Origin: Octopus sinensis
Lineage: Eukaryota
DNA length: 64,000 nucleotides
Assembly: GCF_006345805.1 (NCBI RefSeq)
Contig: NC_043008.1
Span: 17,298,001-17,362,000 of the forward strand
Reading direction: 5' to 3'
Position 1 is the first letter of the stretch. Every line of letters starts with the position of its first letter. The notes below the pieces were generated by a model. It worked only from the letters and a program-made list of their open reading frames with translations. It was not told the origin of the DNA and searched no databases. Below are positions 53,881 through 64,000 of this stretch, one piece after another. The translations under genes and the position numbers were made by a program.

Positions 53881-53977
53881 TACATTTCTGAACTATTTGA
53901 ATACCCATCTAAACATATGTATAGTCACACACACACACAAATAGTTTTTTTGCACTCACACAAACACACGGACATAC

Positions 53978-54293
53978 ATGTATATAACACTTGATCACTT
54001 GACCGATCAGACCATCAGATGTTGCTACACATCGCTGGTCACCATGCGTTTGCATTGTTTTAGCCTTCGAACGACGCCGCCCCGCTGGCTAAGCGAGCAG
54101 GCCAACAGAAGAAAGAGTGGGAGAAAGAGTGGTGAAAGAGTACAGCAGGGATCACCACCCCCTGCCGGAGCCTCGTGGAGCTTTTAGGTGTTTTCGTTCA
54201 ATAAAAACACACAGCGCCTGGTCTGGGAATCGAAACCGCGATCCTCCAACCGCGAGTCCGCTGTCTTAACCACTGGGCCACTGCGCCTCCACA
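53978..54293 (-). mobile_element. Full-length GTGGAGG-head tRNA SINE with an alternative 3' half
   Basis: A/B boxes; 5' half shared with the 2837 copy, 3' half different. Confidence 0.88.
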
Positions 54294-54542
54294 CATGTAT
54301 ATGTACACATATATATATATATATATGTGCGTGTGTGCACATGTATACAATATATATTACATATATAAATTTACATATATACATTTATATATGCACGTAT
54401 ACATATATGTACACACACACACACACACGTATATATGATGAAAGAGAAAAAATAAGTCATTGAAAGCAAGAGAAAAGAACAAGCGGCATAAATTTTCACA
54501 GATATATTATTAATTTCGCATTTGAATTAAAATGGAGAAGAG

Positions 54543-54580
54543 TCTTGACGTTTCGGACATTGGAGTCCTTCATCAGAAAA
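54543..54580 (-). ncRNA. Minimal hammerhead ribozyme motif (PLE type)
   Basis: TTTT-CTGATGA-A-GGAC-TCCAAT-GTCC-GAAAC-GTC-AAGA; intact core, perfect 4-bp stem II. Confidence 0.7.
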
Positions 54581-54601
54581 ATTAAAAGAAAGATAGGTAG
54601 A

Positions 54602-55016
54602 GGCGCAGGAGTGGTTGCGTGGTAAGTAGCTTGCTAACCAACCACATGGTTCCGGGTTCAGTCCCACTGCGTGGCATCTTGGGCAAGTGTCTTCTGCTAT
54701 AGCCCCGGGCCGACCAATGCCTTGTGAGTGGATTTGGTAGACGGAAACTGAAAGAAGCCTGTCGTATATATATGTATATATATATATGTGTGTGTGTGTA
54801 TGTGAGTGTTTTGTGTGTGTGTGTGTCTTTGTCCCCCTAGCATTGCTTGACAACCGATGCTGGTGTGTTTACGTCCCCGTCACTTAGCGGTTCGGCAAAA
54901 GAGACCGATAGAATAAGTACTGGGCTTACAAAGAATAAGTCCCGGGGTCTATTTGCTCGACTAAAGGCGGTGCTCCAGCATGGCCGCAGTCAAATGACTG
55001 AAACAAGTAAAAGAGT

Positions 55017-55020
<4 letters not shown>
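54602..55020 (+). mobile_element. Full-length GGCGCAGGAGTGG-family SINE with the tail running into (GA)n
   Basis: A/B boxes and similarity to other copies. Confidence 0.93.
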
Positions 55021-55079
<59 letters not shown>

Positions 55080-55085
55080 GAGAGA

Positions 55086-55142
<57 letters not shown>

Positions 55143-56264
55143 GAGAAGGCAAAAGAAAGATGAAAATTGTTGAGAGTCCGGGTGGAAATGCGGTTCTATC
55201 GGGAAGAGTGAAGAAAAGAATGGATGGAATTTCATGTTGTATGCATATATAAAAGTGTATCTGTGTAAAGTAAGGGATATATACTAATGAATATACATTA
55301 TTATGTGAAGAAATAGGCGCCATATCTTGGATATGAGGTAGTTAATGCAACTGTGAATCTGGCGCTTTACTGGCAAAACTATTTTTTATTGTTGGTCAAT
55401 GAAATTAATTTGGGATTTGTACTTATTAATGCAAATAAAAGAGTGATCTATGAACAGTAAAATAACAGAAAGTTTGCAAAACAACGTAAATTATGAACAT
55501 ATTTTGAATGGAATTAGACACTTTGTTCATATCTTTGATGACGTTGTTTTTGTTGTTGGCTATTCTGATAATATTGCGTTTGTATTTAAGATGAAGTTGT
55601 AATATTAATTAATGGTTATTTACATGATGATGACGACGATGACGACAATGACGATGCAAACGACGCGACGCTGATTCTGATGTGGTAGCGGTAGCAGTGA
55701 TGTTCATGATATTGATGAGAGCGAAGATGACAGTCTAGCTTACGGTTAGTTTTGTAGTGAATTATGCCTAGGTAATGTGCTTATGGCTTTTGAAACTTTG
55801 TTAGAATAAGACATAAAGATAAAATAAACATTCATCAGACATTATGGACTAAATGTCAACTAACAGCTGCATACTTTTAATTACACCATTATATATCTCC
55901 GGGATCTATTGATTTAAATGTGCAGCCATAATTAAAGAGACGTGTTGCACATAAGTTGAGATTCTTCTGGCCGACATCGTTCCGCAAACTTAATGTTCCG
56001 TATACGTTTCATGTCTTAGTCTAGGTAAGGACTATGCAGTACAATTTGATTTGTTCTTCATGGTACTTTGTATAATAAGGTAGATGTGTGTACTTTGACT
56101 TGTTTACTTCGCAACAGCTGAATTTCCTTTGAATTTATCCATACTATTGTCGATTTTCGCTGGATGATAAAACTTTACCCATGAAATATGCAATCGTTAC
56201 AAAGCAAGTGAAATGAATATCCCCTATTTTCCATTTGCGAAACATAATCTTGACGACTGCAGAT

Positions 56265-56541
56265 TACGTTGTTTATTCCTTCTCGAGGTAAAGCCTGGCT
56301 CATAAGGGCCGGTTTCCCGGCTTCCTTGGCGTATAGGTTCCCCACCTGGACGGGACGCCGGTCCGTCGCAGGTGAGCTGCAAGATGCGGAAAGAAAGAGT
56401 GAGAGTAAGTCGTGGCGAAAGAGTCAGCAGAAGTTCGCCATTACCTTCTGCCGGAGCCGCGTGGAGCTTAGGTGTTTCGCTCATAAACACACACATCGCC
56501 CGCCAGTCCGCTGCTCTAACCACTAGGCCATGTGCCTCCAC
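56265..56541 (-). mobile_element. Full-length V-domain-like tRNA SINE; 9-bp TSD
   Basis: Matches 2837-3142; TSD ACTGCAGAT at 56256-56264 and 56542-56550. Confidence 0.92.
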
Positions 56542-56917
56542 ACTGCAGATAAAACATGGATAGAGTGGTCATTACAGCTAGAGAATGTTCGAGGAATAGA
56601 AGAACCTGACGATGTGGTTAGTGTAAAGTGTAGTACTGGACACAGCAAGGGTGACTAGAGAAAGAAAGAAGAGTGAATCAAGATTATCTCACTGGTCATA
56701 TTATGAGATTAAGCATTTTGAAGGATCATATGTCACTACTGTTATAGCAGAAAAATAGGTCAAATAATCACAAACGTTGTAGGACAGATGTTGGCATGTG
56801 ATAGAAGCAAGCAATTAGTACCATAGTATTTTTTCCAAGCGGCGTAGGCCGCCTTCTTGTACATCATCAAAGAGTTTCACTGAGCTTTATAAAGTTTTAA
56901 TTATATATCTTTAATAT

Positions 56918-57130
56918 GTAGCGAGCTGAAAGAATCGTTCACACAGTTGGCAAAGTTCTTAGTGACGTTTCGCTCGTCTTTACATTGTGATTTCAAATAC
57001 CTCCGAGAGCGTCTTTGCTTTTCATCTTTACCAGATTGATAAATTTACTACCAGTTGAGTACTGTGGTCGATGTAATCGAATCAGTCCCTCTCCTGAACT
57101 TGCTAGTATTGTACTAAAATTTGAAACTAG
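56918..57130 (+). mobile_element. Diverged Nin-domain SINE
   Basis: GCGAGCTGAAAGAATCGTT...TTTGCTTTTCATCTTT...ACCAGTTGAGTACTGTGGTCGATGTAATCGA. Confidence 0.65.
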
Positions 57131-58623
57131 TATCTCACTTAATTATTTCCCGGAACTAAAGAATTATGTTAACGTCGGGTACGAAGTTTACAAAGTAGAA
57201 GGAAGTAATGAGAGTTATAATCTAGGTAGCAAGTGTACATTTTACATGTATACATGTTGTTATGCTCTCTACAGGTGGAGACAGCATGCCAGTTGGTCAG
57301 AAACATGAATCTGTGAATTAGGTGCTTCAGCAGTGGAGTGGCCTTTTTCTGGACGCGATATACGGTGCCTCTATGCAAAGTAGCAGCATGAAGTTATGGG
57401 AGATGTACTACATTATGAATCAAGTAAGTTTGTCTGTCACAGAATATGTTTCGGCTACGAATAGCACTATTCTTTGGAATAGAGTTCATATCCATGTTAA
57501 GAATGTCCATTCGTCAGAACAGCTACTCGGAGTAGTAAAGCCTTGCATTTGAAGCGACATTGATGTCTCCATGTTGCAATCACGTTTGAGACTGCGTGGT
57601 GTTTGTATTTTTTTTATTTTCATATGTGTTTTCTTTGGGGTTTTTTAATGTTAATGGTAGAAGCTTGTCATGGAGCCACTGGAGAATGATTTCTAGATTT
57701 ATTTTTGGAATCAATGCAGGTTAGATGTTTCGTTTCTGAGTTACGTGCAGATGTTGCTCGGCTGGAAAAGTTTCTGATGAATTAAAGGTCGAGCCACATG
57801 GAAAAGTGTTGGCATTATTGAATGTTGTTGCATGTAGGTCATAATGTATAGAAAACGACATAGGTGAAAAAAACTGAACTCTGGGTGACACAAAACTACA
57901 TTGAAAGTGTGACAGAAAGTACAGTCAGTTCATGACACGAGTATGCCATCGGGGTGAACGTGAAGACTTAATAAGGCATTCATATGCCAGAAACCGTCAC
58001 AGCATTTGCTTCGTTTTAACGCAACATCTTTGCTTTCAACGAAATACTCTAAAGTGAGTGCCCAATTATCAGTAACAGAGAAAGCGAGATTAAGTACCAG
58101 TTAAGTTCTGGGGTGCATCACATTTGCATCATTATTTCTGCTGAGATGGGAAGTTCTAAAATACATCACTGGGGTGGATGATAAAGCGACGCATAGAATT
58201 TAATAAATCTACAAGCTTTCCCACCCGTGCAATCAATCAATATGGACGCGTATCAATTCAAAAATTTAATTATTAAATTAGTCTATTATAGAACATGGAA
58301 ATGTTTCTGCCTAAGCTTTTAAAATAAAATATGAACTAATTAGATCCACACGAACATGGAATTGAATTCATTTAGAATTCAGATACTGAAATTTTAACTT
58401 GAAAAGCCAATACTCATCTTTTGAATTTTACATTCAGAATTAGTCTCTTCTGTTTCATACACACACGCGCGCATGCAATCACGCACACGTACACACACAC
58501 ATACACACACAAAACATACGCACATGCATATAGACAAAATACTACGCATAAGTACATGCATGTACATCTGCGTATATATATATATAACTATATATATACA
58601 TATATATATATATATATTTATAC

Positions 58624-58655
<32 letters not shown>

Positions 58656-58836
58656 GATATATATATATAACTATATGCATATATATATATACATACATAT
58701 ATATTTATATGTATACATATATATATATATGCGTATATAAGGATATATATATATAATATATATACCAATATATGTACAATATGTGTGGGGGAAATGTATG
58801 TATGCGTGCATGTATCTCAGTATGTAAATATGTATA

Positions 58837-58872
<36 letters not shown>

Positions 58873-59022
58873 TGAATGTATGTTTTTATGTCTGTATGTA
58901 TGTAGGCAGGCATGTATGCATGTATATATGTATGTGTGTATGTATGTATGTATGTATGTATGTATGTATGTATGTATGCATGCATGCATGCATGTATATA
59001 TGTATTTAAATATGTATATATA

Positions 59023-59058
<36 letters not shown>

Positions 59059-59792
59059 TGTATGTATGTATGTATGTATGTATGTATGTATATGCATGTA
59101 TACATGCGTAAATGTTCTCCATTTTATGATTGACTTTGAGCAGAAAATGAATCACGGTATCTTTCATTTCCTTCATGTTACTGGCTTAAAATTAATCAGG
59201 AAAAGCGCACATTTTTTCTCATATTCTTATCAAACATTTTTCTTTTTTCTAATACTTTTCTCGTTATTATAAAAGTTATGTTAAGTACCTTAGTATCTAC
59301 TCTATACTATTTTGTATGGAGTAAATAAGAGAATGTTACTATTTAAAGGTCTTATGTGTTGGGATTATTGCTCACGCTGCATGCATCGAAGATTTTTCCC
59401 TTATGCAGGAAACTCATTTTTCTTGATAAGTCACGAAGATACAGAATAGTTACATTTCCCTAGTTGAAAAATAATTTTCAATAATTTTAAATGTAATAAT
59501 GTATAAGCGCACGCGTGTGTGTATGTAGATATATGACATATGGACGTGTATGTTTATATGTATGCATTTATATGTTTGTGTGTATGTATATATGTATTGT
59601 AAACAAGTATGTGTAATAGAGTCTTTTCTATGATAGCTTTCGAATTTCCACAATTGTGAATGATAAAGTATCATTTATATAAGTAAATATTAATTTATAT
59701 ATTGAAGCGAAAACTATATATGAGTGTCTATGTGTGCGTACAATATATTTAATTATATAGCTATATATATTGAAAGACAAATAGATAGATAA

Positions 59793-59846
<54 letters not shown>

Positions 59847-59917
59847 TGTTTCTTTATTAGCCACACGGGCTGCACACAGATAGAACAAATTACAAGGTAG
59901 AGCTTTTCTTTTGAAGG

Positions 59918-59951
<34 letters not shown>

Positions 59952-60905
59952 AAGGGGGAGGTTCGATCAAAAGGGATCGTAAAGGAGAGAAAGAGGACAA
60001 AAAAAGGGGGGTTAAAAAAAAAAAAAAAAAAGGGGGGGAGAGGAAAAAAAATGATCAATAGGATCGTTATCACAGAAATGTCAAATGAAGTGTAAAGGGG
60101 AGGACAGGTGAGGTTTACCCGTGGAAAGAAAAGCCCTGCGGAAAGACACGGTAACCTCGGTCAATGAAGGACATTATATTTCTTTTTTTTTTTTTTTTTT
60201 TTGCAAATAAGCAACTCTCTGTTTTCGGTTTCTGGGTTCATAGGACTATGCTCAAGGGCTTCGTCATTCATACGTGCCATTCTTGCTACATTCACCCATC
60301 TTTTTTTAAAAACATTCGCTAGACAAAACTTGCCTCTCTACTCTCACTTTCCTTTTCAAGTGGTACTTGAAGAAGTTGATGAGAGATGACCAGAGAGAAA
60401 GTGTTTGTCTCCAATCCTTTCAGACGCGGCCACCAGATACATTCTTTCGCCATAGCCACAAGGATGATGAAAATAGCTCTCTTCCCGTTTGAAGGAGGAG
60501 GCGTGACAATATTGACGATAGACTCAGATAAACCGACTCGTCCCACACGTGACAGCAGTTGTTCGACATAAGCCCACAGGTCGGAAATTGTTGGACACTG
60601 AACGAGTGCGTGCAGAACGGTTTCGTCGCTCGACCGCATCTCGGGCAGGTCGGCCCCGTGTTTCTCGAGCGTGTCTGTAGAGCTTATCCGAACGGGTAGC
60701 GTTCTCGGTAGCACTGCCAGGCCAGGGATCTCTGAAGTTGTCATGGGCCCTGGCCGAAGTCGTCCCGAACAGGCGGGTCAGGTACTCCTCGTCGACGTCC
60801 GGGTTCGCCCCGAGCTCGTCGTCGTACCTCCCCTCCACTAAACCCTATAGAATGCTTTGTTGTGTTGAAGTCACTTAAGGTCGACCCAGGACGGCAGAGT
60901 TGCTT
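59847..60905 (-). mobile_element. 5'-truncated Tx1/L1-clade LINE inserted in (GATA)n
   Basis: ETVLHALVQCPTISDLW...VAMAKECIWWPR (C-terminal zinc-binding region); pyrimidine-rich 3'UTR, AATAAA, (ATCT)n tail. Confidence 0.85.
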
Positions 60906-60932
60906 GATAGATAGATAGATAGATAGATAGAT

Positions 60933-61015
<83 letters not shown>

Positions 61016-61321
61016 TGTTTCTTTATTAGCCACACAGGGCTGCACACAGACAGGACAAAATTACAAGGTAGAGCTTTTCTTTTGGGTGTAAAAGAAAGGA
61101 GTTTGGTTTTCGATCAAAAGGGATCGTAAATGGAAAGAAGGAGGACAAAATAAGGGGGGGATATGATTTTTTTAGAAAGAAAAGAAAAGGTGGGGGGAAG
61201 GAAAAAAAATTAGATCAATAGGGATCGTTATCACAGAAATGTCAATATGAAGTGTAAAGGTGAGGACAGGTGAGGTTTACCCGTGGAAAGAAAAGCCTAC
61301 GGAAAAGACCACGCTAACCTC
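61016..61321 (-). mobile_element. Second, shorter 3'UTR copy of the same Tx1-like LINE, also bounded by (GATA)n
   Basis: Homologous to 59847-60158 but diverged. Confidence 0.85.
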
Positions 61322-61420
<99 letters not shown>

Positions 61421-62068
61421 CGGATAGATAGATATATATATGCATGTACATATATATGTATGCATATTTGTGAACACATACAGACAGACACAAACACACA
61501 CAGACGCACACACTCAAAAGTAGTATTCGCAATTAGAGTTTTAAAAGGTGTATAGAATTCTAGCTAACTGTTATATAATGATTACAATTCAATATTAAAC
61601 CTTTAAATAGTATCGTTTCAAAGAAGGATGTTACTTCTTACATTGCCTAGCCATTCGTCTTGTATACTCTCACAATACTTCTGGTATAGTCAAACCATTC
61701 TAATAATATAATCTAGGCGCACATCATAAAATACGTATATATATTCATATCTATTATTTCCATGATGTTTTCAACTTTTGTTAAATATTTTAGCCTTGTT
61801 GTACACTATTTTCTATGGTTTAACATGTTCATTTCAGACCGATTACATTTCCTGGGTGCTACACACATTTTCACGTATCAAATTATACATTTTATTTGTC
61901 TTTGTTACTACTTTTGTTAAACTAGCGCATGAAAGAAAAACATATAATACGCCGTAAGTCATTTGATATCATAGAGAAAAAAAGAATTTATTTTATATAC
62001 TATATCCCTGAAATATTTATTACACAATGCGCTGTCAAATATTTTGTTTTTCGAGTTTATACAGTATA

Positions 62069-62183
62069 ATGAATATCCTCAATATTCCATTTGAGAAACA
62101 TAATCTTGATGACTGCAGATAAACCATGGATAAAGTGGTAATTACAGGTAGAGAATGTTCGAGGAATAGAAGAACCTAACGAT
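62069..62183. repeat. Paralogous copy of 56213-56613 lacking the SINE insertion
   Basis: TTCCATTTG(A/C)GAAACATAATCTTGA(T/C)GACTGCAGATAAA.CATGGATA...GAGAATGTTCGAGGAATAGAAGAACCT. Confidence 0.85.
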
Positions 62184-63059
62184 GCAATTCTACATCTTTC
62201 TTAATTTCTAATCTTACCAAAGGAACACACGGGTTTAATTCTGTTATTATTCAACAAATGATATACCAAGCGTTAAAAACATGCAATCGAAAGAAATCAT
62301 GAGAATTCATTAATTTTGCATTTATCGAGCAAGAACTATGGTTATATTACGACCAATAGAGTATGTAAGCGTTCTTCTTCAATATCCCATTTCTACATAT
62401 GTCCCGGCACACTATTCCTAGACAGTTCTGAACCTTGTCTGTTAGGTAAGATTGGTTTTGTCCAACTGGATTTCGAGTAACTTTCCTCGCCAAACTAGTG
62501 TGTGTCGGGTTTCGGTTTAGTTACCAACGAAACGACCACATAAGGGGATTTACAGTAACTTACATTACCAGGAGCACTCAGATATCTGAGTGTTACTGAT
62601 AATCGACCAAGTTATGCCATAAATTATAACACACACACACGCATATATAAATATATATATATGATGAATGCTTCGTACTGTATCTTATTAAATACGGGAT
62701 TTATTTTCTATTTTTTATTTTAAAATGTGTGTTACTATGAGTTGTGCTTTTGAATGGAAAGCCTATTACATAGGATTTCAAATATACCTAGGAGGGCTAT
62801 GCTTTGGACTGCGGATAGATATGTGAGAGTTGGTATTCTTTCTCGACTCTTACTACCAGAGTAACATTCAGGAAATATACATCTTTGAAAGTTAGGTGTA
62901 AAATTGATAGGTCATCTGGCACAAAGCAAAAACACCCAATGCTAGATATGTCTCAGTAAATATTATTTTTAAAAGTGTTGCGAAAAGAAATGGATAGTGG
63001 GAAAGAAGAAGGTAAAAGCTAAAAACACCTGAGTTAAAACTAGCCGGACTCTGATGGGT

Positions 63060-63235
63060 AGAGGTTGCAAGGCGCAACGAAAATTTTAGGAAAATAAAAA
63101 TAAGGAATAAGTGGAAATTTTGCCGGTGAGTGTGTTAAATTATAAGGCACAAACAAAAGAACAAAAAAATAACAAAAATTATAAGGTACAAAAAAGTACA
63201 AATGAACAAAATAAGACTCTCCCCAGACACAACAT
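63060..63235. mobile_element. Partial foldback/MITE-family copy
   Basis: GGTTGCAAGGCGCAACGAAAATTTTAGG...GACTCTCCCCAGACACAAC matches the 1401 and 32767 copies. Confidence 0.7.
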
Positions 63236-64000
63236 AATAACAAAACTTCTTTGACCAAAAAACTAAAAATCTATAAAATCATCTTTTATTATACTCTTCT
63301 TCCTCAGTTGCCACGAGGGTTGAAGCTCAATGAGTAGACTTAACCCTCCACTCACACACAGAGTGAAACAGAAGCTTCAGGTGATATGTACATATCACAC
63401 AGGCAGTAAGAGGAGATGATACTAAAGAGGAAGTAGAAATGACGTTAAAGTGAGGTGGGGTGGGACCGCTGAAACAAGGTGCGCCAAGTCTTCAAATAAT
63501 GACAAGCAGACCCTGTCTGTGAAGTGACCGCTGTCCACATATGTTTCTTCAAATTCACAAATGTTCGAAAAATGAGAAAAGTGATGTAAGATTTTTATAA
63601 GTGATTTCTCTATATATTGGGAGGGGTAATTTCTAAAAATTATGTTTGTAAGAAATTCAGCGTTATATGATAAATTAAATTTAACAATATTTTTCTCAAA
63701 TTATTTCCGATTATTAATTGATGCTTAATTTAAAAAAACCAAAAACAAATAAGTATACTATTTATGATTACTCTTTCAAACTAACTCACTGATTATCTTA
63801 AACAAGAAAATACAAGTTTATATACAAGATTCACTTGGTTCTAGTAGGATTCCATCGAGCTGGAGAGTAATGTAGAACACCCTTGTATTCGTTTTGAATT
63901 AATTTTATATAATTGAATTAAATTACGGAACACATTACAATAAACAAAAACAGTGTTAAAATTAAGGAAACAAAGGAAGAGAAGAATGTCAAAAAATATC

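Noticed and set aside
57290-57900. Possible degraded Tc1/mariner-type transposase
   Set aside because: Only faint motif hints on opposite strands and no TIRs identified.
63319-63379. Structured element with TGAAGCT/AGCTTCA and CACTC/GAGTG stems near GAAAC
   Set aside because: No CUGANGA core and no fit to a ribozyme consensus I can verify.

Overview
AT-rich, microsatellite-dense eukaryotic DNA. The repeat content (tRNA-derived SINEs with CORE-, V- and Nin-like modules, (TA)n/(TACA)n/(GATA)n/(AAT)n tracts) suggests an octopod cephalopod genome; this is inference. No intact host protein-coding gene is evident, and almost all ORFs in the track are microsatellite or SINE artefacts. The window holds many SINEs, several LINE remnants (R4/Dong-type REL-endonuclease, Tx1/L1, CR1-type, RTE), Penelope-like (PLE) remnants, Tc1/mariner elements and MITEs, and a U6 snRNA copy. 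The most notable signals: (1) at least seven minimal hammerhead-ribozyme motifs of the PLE type, including a pair in a near-perfect ~200-bp inverted repeat and one in the tail of a tRNA-headed SINE-like element; (2) a full-length U6 fused to a SINE 3' end; (3) Tx1-like LINE copies bounded on both sides by (GATA)n, whose 3' end is shared with a Nin-domain SINE; (4) an intron-containing Tc1 transposon. Coordinates were read by eye and may be off by a few bases.
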